This document shows positions 27,821 through 41,534 of a DNA stretch of 64,000 bases, one piece after another. Within the stretch, counting starts at the first letter, position 1. Every line of letters starts with the position of its first letter. A program made the position numbers and the translations under genes. The stretch comes from Eledone cirrhosa (taxonomy: Eukaryota). The notes below the pieces were generated by a model. It did no database searches, had not been told where the DNA came from, and saw nothing but the letters and a program-made list of their open reading frames with translations. The DNA is taken from assembly GCA_964016885.1 (NCBI GenBank), contig OZ024743.1:215140001-215204000 (forward strand), in the 5' to 3' direction.

Positions 27821-28402
27821 ATATGAGCGGAACAAGTAAATATTAAACAATCTTTTAAATAAATTAAAATACGATTTAAATATTTACCTCTTCTAGTGCC
27901 ATGACCGACGGTTTCGATTATCAAAAGATTGGAAATTCACAGAATTTCCAATGGAAAGATATAGCTCTTCAGATAGCTTTTCCAAATCTACTAGACATAA
28001 GTCCGTATACATGTAGATATATCACCCTCTGCCCAGTGAATGAATAAAGCCGTTAAAATGACGCACACACTTATTGGACCGTTAGAAAAAGCGGGTATTA
28101 TAGACTCACTGATATTACATGCTGAAATAACAGCGAGTCTATAATTCCCGCTTTTTCTAACGGTCCAATAAGAGTGTGGGTCATTTTAACGTCTTGATTC
28201 ATTCACTGGGCAGAGGGTGATATATCTACATCTGTCTAGTAGATTTAGAAAAGCTATCTGAAGAGCTATATCTTTCCATTGGAAATTCACTGAATTTCCA
28301 ATCTTTTGATAAGCGAAACCATCGGTCATGGCACTAGAAGAGGTAAATATTTAAATCGTATTTTAATTTATTTAAAATATTGTTTAATGTTTACTTGTTC
28401 CG

Positions 28403-28409
<7 letters not shown>
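27821..28409. mobile_element. Fold-back element (~280-bp arms, 27-nt spacer) carrying two hammerheads
   Basis: 27821-28107 inverts 28135-28409; the right end abuts (TA)n. Confidence 0.9.
28253..28332 (+). ncRNA. Type I hammerhead ribozyme (mirror copy at 27898-27977, minus strand)
   Basis: gctat CTGAAGA gct..attggaaattc act gaatttccaat..agc GAAA ccatcgg TC atggc; stems I-III pair. Confidence 0.85.
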
Positions 28410-28451
<42 letters not shown>

Positions 28452-29117
28452 GCACATACATATAATAACATTGAGAAGTATTTCAGGGACAGATATAAAT
28501 AAATAAGATAAAGGATATTAAAAAAATATGCAAGAAAAAAAAAATAAAATAAAAGATAATTTCATAAAGGGACGTATTGGCAACTACAGTTGGGGGTGGA
28601 TAATAAAATAATAAAATACACACATACACACGATATATGTATATTTATATATATATATATATAAATAAATGTACATACGCAGAGAGAGTGAGAGAGAGAG
28701 ACACATATATACACATGAGTAAACACACGTGAAAGTCAAAGGTATATGTATACATACAATATGTACACATATAGAAAGAAAATCCTTATAATTATACACC
28801 CCTACACGCATATATACATATATATATACAATCATATATATATACATATATATATATGTATATATACATACACATATATAAATACGTGCACACGGATATC
28901 CATACGTGCGCATACATGCGCAAAAATATACACATATACATTAGCATATACATGAGTACACACCTAAAACGATATACACGAACGTATGTACACAGTATAA
29001 GGATGAGGACATACAACGCGTAAATAATCACACTCCCGCATACATACATACATACGCACACACATGTATACGCGCCAACATGCACAAAAATATATATAAA
29101 AAAAAAAAATACCAAAC

Positions 29118-29167
<50 letters not shown>

Positions 29168-29269
29168 AATGCGTACACACGTAAACATAAGTACATAACA
29201 CAATAACATGCGCATTACACACACACAATAATATATCAACACACGCATACATATAAACGTAAAGTATAT

Positions 29270-30840
29270 ATTACCCTTAAAGACCATAAATTAGACTTTA
29301 CTAATCGACACAGCTGTAGACTAATCAACCCTGCTAAATCTGAAATTGGTCTTGTGAGTAAAAAAAATCCTAAGAAATATAATACTTCAAATAAGAACTG
29401 TGACTGACTTATCCCAATGTTTAAATACTTCCTCTGTTATTTTTTGGTTTAATAATATACAAGGAAAAAATAAATGTAGATTTACCCAATTTAATAATGT
29501 TAATTTTTACCCCTCTATCACAGAATCTTTATTAACTAAAGCCTTATACATTGCTAGACTTTTCATTAATATTTCTAAATTAGAAGATGTTATCTTACAT
29601 GCTAGGAAAACACTAATTTTTGCTAATGAAGGTACTTGGGTTAAAAGGTTAAGTCCTGAAAACTCTTTTGAAGTCGCAATGGGCTCATATGATAGCGCCG
29701 ATATGTGCGACTTAGTAGGATTATTCCTCTTCCACGCCCTTAAAGATAAATGTCCTTGACATAATATAGGCTTATACCGAGACGATGGTTTGGCAGTTTC
29801 TCAGACCACCAACGGCCATAACCTTGATAAATTCCGTAAAGACGTAATCAATACCTTTGTTCACTTAAGCCTAAACATTACTATAGATACGAATCTTACT
29901 AATATCAACTTCCTTGATATCAATATTGACCTACTTACTGCCACGTTTAGACCCTATAATAAACCCAAGGAAAATTTAGGATATATACACATAGAGTCTT
30001 GCCACCACCCTATAGTCTTTAAAAGTCTTATTCCTAACATTAATCGTATGATCTCTAGCTTATCTTCGTCTATATATATTCTTAATAAAGATACCCTTTA
30101 TTATAATAAGGCCCTCAAAAACAGCGGCTTCACCTAACAATTAAATATTTACCTACTCATCTTTCTAACACAATAACAGGAAAAGAAAAATTATTTGGTT
30201 TTCACCTCTCTTCACACTAACTGTTAAGACTAACGTAGGAAGAACAGTCCTCGAAATTCCAGACAAACATTTTCCCCAAAATCATAGAAATTTAGTTAAA
30301 ATCACCTACCCTTGCTGTCCATCAATGAAAACTAAAATTACCAACTCAAATGGTACTAGAGGAAATCCGGGATGCAGCTGCAGGAAACCGGAAGAATGCC
30401 CATTACAGGGCAAATGTGATAACCAAGCCTTTGAGTATGAAGTGAGGTTGACACCGATTATTATTAACCAGCTAGCCAGAAGTGAGCGATATATTGGCTT
30501 GACTCAGGACAGATTTAACCAGGTATTATGCACACGTTTCTTCTTTCAAACAGCCTGAAAAAAGAACATCACAGCGCTGGCAAATAAGGTGTGGGAGTTG
30601 AAAGACAGAAATATTCCATACTCCATTGATTGGGCTATTTTAGACTACACAAGAGAATACCAAATGGGCACAAAGAAATGTTCATTCTGTACTACGGAAC
30701 ATTTTCAGAATTCTCCAAAACCTGAAAACCCCTCCCCTTGCCTCAACTCTAAGACCGAGATCTTTAGATGTTGTCCGCACCTGAAATCGCATCTACATTT
30801 TAGCTTGATTAACACACCAACGATTACTCAATCAGCCTGA
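29270..30840 (+). mobile_element. Decayed Penelope-like retroelement (RT plus GIY-YIG), Naiad-like
   Basis: [95 protein letters not shown]; several stops and frameshifts. Confidence 0.9.
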
Positions 30841-31267
30841 GATTTATCTTTACATATTACGCCTTCTACTCAATACCAATAGTGTCACCTTATGAACACT
30901 ACTTCCTACCCAGTTTATCATATAAACACATACTTTCTACCATTGTATATCACTTTTTAACTGTATACCCTATTCCAGATCTCTTCACAAACACTTTCTA
31001 CCACAATTTATACGCCCCTTTTCTTCCTCACCTGTTGTTCATCTTAATTTATTATATTATTTGATTTCAGTTATACACCCCTACATCCTTACATACCCAC
31101 TATGTTTTTAAGTTTACTCACATATGGCTGCATGTGGGCACATATGCAGGCAGGCATATGTGTGCATATATGTGTATTTATACATATACACATGCATGTG
31201 TGTTTGTGTGTGTGTGTGTATATGTGTGTATATCTTATGTATGTATATATATATATGTATATAGGCG

Positions 31268-31344
<77 letters not shown>

Positions 31345-31439
31345 TAGGGTATATATTATGATAATATTTGTTTATCTAATAGTATAAGTTTTTGTCGGTT
31401 GGATCTGTGAGTATATCTTTTCATTTTCTGGTACGCCCG

Positions 31440-31485
<46 letters not shown>

Positions 31486-31685
31486 TACCCTTTATATACA
31501 CCTACCAGCGAGTATGTGTGTATATATAGTTTGTCTGTTTATATGTATATACACACACACACACACATGTATGTATGCATGTGTTTATGTGTGTGTGTAT
31601 ATCTATATATATATGTATATATAAAAGACGTAAAATAAGAAAATGTTTTAAAAAAATTTTAAAGAATTAACTTACTTAAATGTTC

Positions 31686-31767
31686 ACTCCAACTAATTAG
31701 TTTCTGCAATGGGATAAAGACAGTTACGTAATGAACTGTTGAGAATTTCATTGCGTCATCAGGGAGT
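31686..31767 (-). ncRNA. Type I hammerhead ribozyme downstream of a minus-strand PLE fragment
   Basis: actcc CTGATGA c gcaatg..cattgc a GAAA ctaattag TT ggagt. Confidence 0.85.
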
Positions 31768-31978
31768 TCTATTCTCAGCCAAGTCTCCAGGCAATGCGCG
31801 GACACTGGGGACTCATATAAAAATAATAATAATTCGGTAAATGGAACAGCTATTGAGGACTGGATTCCAGGCACTGAAAATTCTCACTGCCACTGGTAAA
31901 ATGGCCGATTCTAAAGAATCAATCACGTGACACAGAGGCTAGTCAGTAGGAATGGGATGGTAAGATGACAGACGCCTA

Positions 31979-32629
31979 CTAACACCCCCCAAAACAAATT
32001 AGTAGTGGTTTTGGCAGGTTTGCTCGACAAATCAGTGATTTGGAGATAAATATAGATAATTTAATATATCTACTAACATAAGCGCACAGATGTACGCTAA
32101 TGCCAGCAAATACACAGGTTATGTCATAGTACCTAGGTGGTTCAATGCATGAGGATGCAGAACAATAATATAAAAGACGTAAGAACAAAGCTTTTTTCCA
32201 AGAGATGTTATATTTAATAGTTTTGTCTTTCAAGGACCATATAAGTTCTGAGAGAGCCGTGTTGGTTCTTTTAAGTTGGTATTTAAAAGACGAATGATGT
32301 TTATAAAGACGAGCTTTAATGGAGGTGGAAGTGGAGCCAAAATAGGTGAAGGAATTGGTGTCAGTTATAACTTTACATTCGTAGATTAAGTTTTTATCAA
32401 GACAATGGTTGTTGAGAGGACATTCATTTTTAGCAGGGCAATTGTAATTGCGATTAGAGAGATTATTAACGAGTGACCTAGTGTTATCTATAGAAGGAAA
32501 TGGATTGGAGAAGTTATTTGCGATAGGAATAATAGTTTCTTGATTTAGAATGGGATTAAGAACATTTAGCGAAGTTGTGTTTGACGTTGTATTTGGGTCT
32601 AATTTCTGCAAACCCAAATACAACGTCAA
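31979..32629 (-). mobile_element. PLE GIY-YIG endonuclease fragment
   Basis: NCPAKNECPLNNHCLDKNLIYECKV..TYFGSTSTSIKARLYKHHSSF..TALSELIWSLKD..ISWK. Confidence 0.85.
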
Positions 32630-33235
32630 ACAGAATCTATTTTAAAATAATATATATATTTATTTGGTTCCTTTACCGGTTTTGCAGTTCTTCTGCTTTT
32701 CAATAGTAGAGTTGAGATGGAGGGTCTGTGGGTTTTCTCACATCTGGTTGGTCTCTGAATGTTACTTGTTTTATATGGAAAAAAGTGGCTCGAAAAGCCA
32801 GGTTTTTCGAGAAGTAATTTGATTGGTTGGTCAATAATTATAATAAATTTCGCGCCAGGTCGCGTTACAAAGTTCTTCAAACAAGGGAGGGGGGAGGTCA
32901 CAGGTTGTTTTTTCATATATGAGTGTTTGAATTTCTTTTTACTTAAAAAAAAGGGGGCTCACGAAGGCTTTTTTTTAACAAACGTAATTTGATTGGTTAT
33001 AAATGAAATTATGACTGTCACATGAACAAGTTTTCATTAAATTTTCGCGACCTTATGTGGAAATCTATTCTGTAGCCTTTTTAGAGAATGTTATGACAAG
33101 TAAAAGATAATGGTCAAGAGAAATTGGATGGGAGAATTGTTCTGGTCCAGTGAATATGGTTAGTTCGCTGGGGTGTCAGAATTCAGATTTTCTATTGAAT
33201 AAAGAATGTAAAGATATGTATGTTTATTCGTGTGC

Positions 33236-33306
<71 letters not shown>

Positions 33307-33315
33307 TGTGTGTGT

Positions 33316-33374
<59 letters not shown>

Positions 33375-33710
33375 CGTGTGTTTGTGTGTGTTGTGTGTAT
33401 GCGTTTGAATTTCTTTTTACTTAAAAAAAAGGGGCTCACGAAGGCTTTTTTTAAAAATAAACGTAATTTTATTGGTTATAGATGAAATTATGTCTGTCAC
33501 GTGAACAAGTTTTCATTAAATTTTCGCGCCCTTATTTCGAAATCTATTATGTAGCCTTTTTAGAGAATTTTATGACAAGCAAAAGATAATGGTCAAGGGA
33601 AATTGGATGGGAGAATTGTTCTGGTTCAGTGAATATGGTTATTTCGCTGGGGTGTCAGAATGCAGATTTTCTATTGAAGTAAAGAAAGTAAAGATGAGTA
33701 TGTTTATTTG
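32630..33710 (-). repeat. pLTR-like repeat with partial tandem duplication; same family as 57134-58114
   Basis: 32650-33090 matches 57190-57620; ~32925-33230 is repeated at ~33403-33710, separated by (GT)n. Confidence 0.85.
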
Positions 33711-34014
33711 TGTGTTTGTGTGTGTGGGTGGGTTTGTGTGTGTTGGAAGATGATTCTATTAGTAGAAATGGGGGAGGGAGTTATGTGTGTGTGTATATGG
33801 GTGTTATGTGGGTGTGTGTGGGAGTATGTTAAGATGGAGAGAATATATATAGTGTGTGTGTGTGTGTGTATATATGTGTGTGTAGGAAATTGATTCTATT
33901 AGTAGAAATGGGGGAAGTTGTGTGTGTCGGGGTGGGGGTTGTTATGTGTGTGTATCGGTGTTATGTGTGTGGGAGTATGGTTAGCAACCTAAGATGAAGA
34001 GAATATATATATAT

Positions 34015-34059
<45 letters not shown>

Positions 34060-34261
34060 GAAAATGATTCTTTTAGTAGGAATATTTTTGAATGAACATA
34101 TTTTCCTTAATTATTCGTATTTGTTCTGTTGTATTGTCAGTGCAAACGTATGTTCAGGTTTATTTAGTTCGGATTTTTATTTTCTAAATTAGAAGGTGTT
34201 ATGTGTGTGTGTATCTGTCTGTTTGGATGGTTAGCATGTTATGGTGTTGGCATACTGTATA

Positions 34262-34696
34262 TTAAACCATATTTAATGCTGGTCTATATTTTTGAATAAA
34301 CATATTTTCCTTATTTATTCGTATTTGTTCTGTTGTATTGTTAGCGCAAATGTAAAATGGGAAGACTTGGAATTTGGGTGTCTTATTACTTGCGCATATG
34401 TCTAGATGTGCGCTTAGTGGTATCTGTCTCATGGTTGGATCTCGTAATTGTTGGCGATGAACTGTCATTCTGTTTCTGAGTTTGAGTTTAGTTTGTGCTA
34501 TATAATCTTCATTGCATCCTTTACATTTCATGGCATGAAGTAGTTTTTTTGATGAGCAAGTGAAGTGATGTTTTACAGTAAAATTTTGTCCTGATTTAAA
34601 TGTATATGTGTTGCCTTCAATGAGTGCAGGTTCCACAATTAGAGTGACCACATTTTTTGACACCTCGTTGTGGGTTTGTGGTAGGTAATTTGGCAT
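34262..34696 (-). mobile_element. PLE GIY-YIG C-terminal fragment of a different (Neptune-like) lineage
   Basis: FTCSSKKLLHAMKCKGCNEDYIAQTKLKLRNRMTVHRQQ..HLDIC..RINKENMFIQKYRPALN. Confidence 0.8.
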
Positions 34697-34724
34697 TGGT
34701 GAGTAATGTTTTCAGTGATTTCGG

Positions 34725-34805
<81 letters not shown>

Positions 34806-34806
34806 T

Positions 34807-34843
<37 letters not shown>

Positions 34844-34847
<4 letters not shown>

Positions 34848-37808
34848 GAAAGAAGGTTTACATGGTTTGCTATACAAAAAAGTTTTTAATCACATAATCA
34901 CATAGCTTACCTTTGTTTCACTGAACTGGTATGTCTAGAGATCGCTATCCGCTTAATTTTGCGTTACTCGATCGCCAATACAGAATTATAACCAGTCAGA
35001 TCTCCGGAGCATGCGAGAATGAAGAAAATACACAGGCAAGAAAATAAAATAAAATACGGAGTAGTTATGGCATTCAATTAGAACAATAACAACAATTACA
35101 ACAATGCTATCAATAAACTATTTAAGGAGACCCTGATATTACTTAGGTGGGGGGTATATAATGTATCTAATGTTACGGCGTGAAAACCAGCTGTCATAAG
35201 GCAAAAAGTATCGTAGTGTGTATCAATTTTAAATTATAAAGATAAGCTAGTTTTTACAGTCTTTCTCTTCATCTTCAACAGTATACATGAGTGGGACCAC
35301 TGTCGAAGCTCAATAGTTGCAGAGTTAATATAGAGGTTAACGAATTAATATACGCATATATCTACATACACACACACACACACACATACATATATATAAA
35401 TACATATACACATATATATACATGCATGTGTACATAGACACATACATACACATCAATATACACTCGTACAAAAATATACATACATGCAAAGAGAAAAGCG
35501 TGCTAATTGTAATTATGGCAAAAAGAAGGTAAAGTAACATTGTAGTAGTGAAATGAGAAAAACTAGGATCTAGGATTTATAGGGACGACACGTTACTTAT
35601 AACTAGGAACCTAAACAACCAGAGCATGGAAAGACTAAGGAAAAATATTAGAATATTCTTCAAAAAACTAGGCCTAAGTATTACCTACGAACTAAACCAT
35701 AAGAAGGTAAATTTTCTAGATGTAACTCTAAATCTAAATACTGGATTAATAGAACCTTTCCACAAAAATAATGAAAATCTTGCCTACATTAGTTACAACT
35801 CGAATCACCCCAAATCCATAATTAAATTCATAGCACGTAGTATATCCCTCCGAATATCCCGCTTATCCTCAAACCTAGAAATCTTTAACGAGCATGCTGA
35901 CTATTATAATGCAGCATTAAGTAGGGCCGGTCATAAAGATAAACTACAGTATATAGTGAATAAGGACAACATAAACAATCCTAGTAATTTCTACTCCAAC
36001 CGCTCACATAATAATAGGAATAGCTTGACTAGACATAGGGTTAGACATGTAACACCTAGAGTAAACGGCCAAAAACACTAATAACGTAAACCCTAGAAAC
36101 AATAGAAGAAACAGACAAAGAAAATACCTATGGTTCAACCCAATATTCAACTCCTCTATAAAAACTAGACTGCCCTCTACATTATTTAAACTAATAGATA
36201 AACACTTCCCTATCTCGCATAGATATCACAAAATACTCAATAGATCTACTATAAAACTCTCTTTCTCAACAGCAGCTAACATAGAATCACACATACGCAA
36301 GATCAACCACAGAAATATCTCAAGTAAATCAATTGCACCTATACATAAGCACAAACTCATCACTACATCACAACCACAAGCGCATACAAATGCGCAGCAG
36401 CAAAACCCCATTGGGCATATATCACAACCCACTTATAACAGGGTACTAAATAGGAATGGAAAAGCTGCACAAAATAGCGCCTCAAACTGCAACTGTCACC
36501 TCCCAGATAGGTGCCCATTGGCGAACAGTTGTCTCGATTCGAGCCTGGTGTACATGTGCACTGTCATCTCGGGTAACTCCACCTGGAATTACATAGGATC
36601 CACCGCGGGTTCTTTTAAGAAAAGATGGTATGTGCACAGGCACTCAATGAAAAAACGTGCACTTATGGGTTCCACCACCCTCGCCAGAAAAATATGGGAA
36701 TTGAAGGACAGCAACACTAACTACACTATCAACTGGTCGAAGTTGTCGGCTGCTAAAACCTATAGTACAGGGATGTCCTATTGCGGGCTGTGTGATCTTG
36801 AGCTATTGTATATCCTTAGAAATGTTAAAAGGCTACTTAATAATAAGTTAGAAAGATCTATCTTCTGCAGACATAGAATAGCCACTAAATTCATAAGATT
36901 CAAACCTCCGTGAATCGAACCAACATAACATAGCTTTAAATTAGGATACCTACTACCCACAGAAATATATTCATTAAGTATACTATTTCCTTCACAAGTC
37001 TATACCACACAATTGTCTGTAAGTACCTCATCTACCAATAATCTTACTCCTTCTCAGCTGCTGCAATCATTTGATCCTAGATCCTAGTTTTTCTCATTTC
37101 ACTACTACAATGTTACTTTACCTTCTTTTTGCCATAATTACAATTAGCACGCTTTTCTCTTTGCATGTATGTATATTTTTGTACGAGTGTATATTGATGT
37201 GTATGTATGTGTCTATGTACACATGCATGTATATATATGTGTATATGTATTTATATGTATGTGTGTGTGTGTGTGTATGTAGATATAAGCGTATATTAAT
37301 TCGTTAAACTCTGTATTAACTCTGCAACTATTAAGCTTCGACAGTGGTCCCACTCATGTATACTGTTGAAGATGAAGAGAAAGACTGTAAAAACTAGCTT
37401 ATCTTTATAATTTAAAATTGATACACACTACGATACTTTTTGCCTTATGACAGCTGGTTTTCACGCCGTAACATTAGATACATTATATACCCCCCCCCCC
37501 ACCTAAGTAATGTCAGTGTCTCCTTAAATAGTTTATTGATAGCATTGTTGTAATTGTTGTTATTGTTCTAATTGAATGCCATAACTACTCCATATAGTAG
37601 CCGTATTTTCTTTTCTTTTCTTGCCTGTGTATTTTCTTCATTCTCGCATGCTCCGAAGATCTGACTGGTTATAATTCTGTATTGGCGATCGAGTAACGCA
37701 AAATTAAGCGGATAGCGATCTCTAGACATACCAGTTCAGTGAAACAAATGTAAGCTATGTGATTAAAAACTTTTTTGTATAGCAAACCATGTAAACCTTC
37801 TTTCCTGA
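34844..37808 (+). mobile_element. 5'-truncated PLE flanked by ~730-bp inverted pLTRs
   Basis: 34844-35575 inverts 37075-37808. Between them: IYRDD, VNFLDVTLNL, SNHPKSI, LWFNP, CNCHLPDRCPL and WNYIGST..KKRWYVH..CGLC. Confidence 0.9.
37647..37759 (+). ncRNA. Variant hammerhead in the pLTR (mirror at 34901-35013, minus strand)
   Basis: catgct CCGAAGA t ctgactggt..accagttcag t GAAA caaatg TA agctatg. Confidence 0.65.
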
Positions 37809-37978
37809 TTTATTATTACTCCAAGTATTTACAACATAGGAATTACGGCATACCCGCAGCATCACTATGAAAACGCCTTGTTGAGTCAAACCAAGCCAAG
37901 CGTTAATACCATCCACTACCTGGAATACCATAACTGGACTTCACCTAAGCGGACTGCATTTAACTATTATTTGTTAAT

Positions 37979-38136
<158 letters not shown>

Positions 38137-38171
38137 TGTGTATGTGTTTGTTTTTATATTTAATTATTCCA

Positions 38172-38365
38172 AGGGCAGTGGATCGGCAGTATCGGTAGAG
38201 GGTCGGACGCTATGCTTTGACGCATGGAGTTATGGCTCTTGCCATTCTGAGTTCATATCTCACCGAGGTTAACTTTGCCTTTCATTCTTACGGGGTCGAT
38301 AAAATAAAGTACCAGTAATGTACTAGATAATTGCTGGCCTTGTGCCAAAAGTAGAAACAATTATT
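38172..38365 (+). mobile_element. Octopus-type SINE
   Basis: Full-length match to the 20894 and 54508 copies. Confidence 0.9.
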
Positions 38366-38562
38366 TAATTATTCCCCGCCCCCGACCTTTCGTTGTCTAA
38401 AACCCCCTTATGGATTTATTTTAATTTATTTATCCTAATTTTATTTATTTGTTATTATTAATTAATATTTTCTTATATATTTTTTGAAATTTGTTTATGT
38501 TATTTACTTATATCGGTCCCCGAACTACTTCGCAATGTTATCTACATATTAATATACGTGTA

Positions 38563-39130
<568 letters not shown>

Positions 39131-39481
39131 TATATGTGTATAAGTGTATGGAGAGATGTGCATGTGTATATATATATACATTTTACTTTATTTGTTAGTA
39201 CATGTGTGAGTGTGCGCTTCTGTGTACGCATATGTGAGCAAAGGATCACACGTTTATATGTGTGTGTTCGTATTTCCATATTGACGCACATACATTTATG
39301 TGAGAGTGTATACGGTTATGTGCTATTTCGTATAAGCGTGTGTTTTAGTGTGTGTATGTTTATGTTCTGGATATTTAATCATATTTTTCCCCTCAAATTT
39401 TGCCCTCTATTTGATTTTAACCTCACTTTCATATTTCCTAAATTATGTTATCAAATCTATATTTAATAAACATTCCGCGTT

Positions 39482-39545
39482 ATTCTTTCTGACGATGGAA
39501 GACAGATATAAATATCTCTCTTGAAGAAACCAGTGGTAAATGAAT
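39482..39545 (+). ncRNA. Type I hammerhead ribozyme
   Basis: attcttt CTGACGA tggaagacagata taaa tatctctcttgaa GAAA ccagtgg TA aatgaat; followed within ~45 nt by (TA)n. Confidence 0.7.
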
Positions 39546-39578
39546 TAATTATCTTATGTTGTTTATTACATAACTATA

Positions 39579-39667
<89 letters not shown>

Positions 39668-41419
39668 AACGTAAATAGAAATTAAATTGCAACGATACAA
39701 TCCAATGGCGAATTATATTAGTATAATAGAATGAACGTTTTGATTATTTCGGAAACACGTCTTTTATCACATGATAGAATGTGAAATAAATGTGAAATAG
39801 AAAAATTAAGAACCAGAAGAGGAAGGTACTAATAAATAATGAAGAAAATGAAAAAAATTAGCATTCATACAGCTATGATTTGGTATAAATATCTTCCTTA
39901 TTGTAAAGAATATTGCCTCAATTAATTATATTTAATAGACAAAAGTTATAACATGGTTTATGATTTGGGTGATAAAATATCATATACTGTTGTATGTAAT
40001 TTGAATGTTGCACTTTGTCCAGAGTCTCATCAAAATGTAATGTTATTTAGTTTGAAAAGTGCATCTAAGCACAACTAATTCATATCCATTAAGATATCGA
40101 ATTTTACTGAATTCATCAGTGAAACTTATATCATGTTCATTCATTTGACAAGAACATTTATCAAATAATAATTATGTATATTTGCATTGATTCTAACGAA
40201 AATCTGCTAATACACTCTGAATTCGGTTTAAATATTTATTATTTAGATAACATTTTTACTGAATGAAAATGAGAACAACTATTTCAATTAAAATTGATAT
40301 CTTATTTGTCACAAATAGCGATAATATAGAGAGATCTCTGTAGATAGGCATAATAGTAATTGTCTTCTAATGGGGTAGTTGGGTTCTGAATCACAGGAAA
40401 ATAATATTCCTTCGGCCAATCTAGCGGAGGCATAATTGAGTATGGCTGAGTGTGGGTGATCATTCCCTAAACTCATAATCCTTGCGTAATACTCAGCGAG
40501 AATCAGCATCACGCTTTGTTTACATAGCCAATCTTTAGAATACAGCCTATTTCAGGCTTCCAACACATTTCTGTTAACGTATATTTGTTTTTACTTTAGC
40601 AGAATGGCCGAGAGCTTTTGTTAAAAACAAACATTGTGATGATGTAATGCACGTATATCGAACCAAATACTGCATGATTGCAAAGGGAATGTCAAGTCTA
40701 TTTGGCCACACATTACTTTATAAATAATTATGCCTACTAATAGAAGGTACAAAAAGAAAATAACTACACAATATATAGGAATGAAAATCAATTTTAAATG
40801 GTAAATTCATATGGAAAATATTTAATCGGAAATAAACAAATGTCATGCAATTTGATATCAGCTAAGAATATAAATTCCATTAACCTAGATCGGAAATTAA
40901 AATTTTCCTTTCTGTTAAACACGACTGCAGAAATAAAATTACGAATTGCAAGAGAAACATCATTTCCCTTGAAACTAGAATTCGATAATTAATTTTCTAG
41001 TATGATGAAGTTTAATTCTTTACATAGAATAAGGGTATACAATAATAATGTTTCTGCATCAAAGGCATTCGTTCATTCTAGGTTTAAGTTTCTCCCCAGG
41101 AAATATTTCTCAGAGTCTCCATAAATTGTAAGCAAGGGTCATATGTATAATTATAATTAATAATGAACTTTCATTTTACTCAATTTAATTAAACAATTAA
41201 TTTCATAAATGAATATTCTGATAGCTCGTGTAAGTAGTAGCGAAATAATACAGCCACGTATACAAAACATGCAGAGTCTCAGAGATAAAAATCACCGATA
41301 CAGAAATACATCTACGACGGATGATATGCATAACATTGAGTTCTTTAAATAATTTGTTGCATCATCGTTTACCAACCTCACACACCAATTCTTCCCATTG
41401 GTAAACAGCATAACATAAA

Positions 41420-41534
<115 letters not shown>

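Noticed and set aside
29270-36913. Selenoprotein (UGA readthrough) coding, as known for some Naiad PLEs
   Set aside because: The zinc-finger cysteine positions I could read use TGC/TGT (one is TAC). The TGA at ~29757 is not at a Cys position and the elements have many other disablements.
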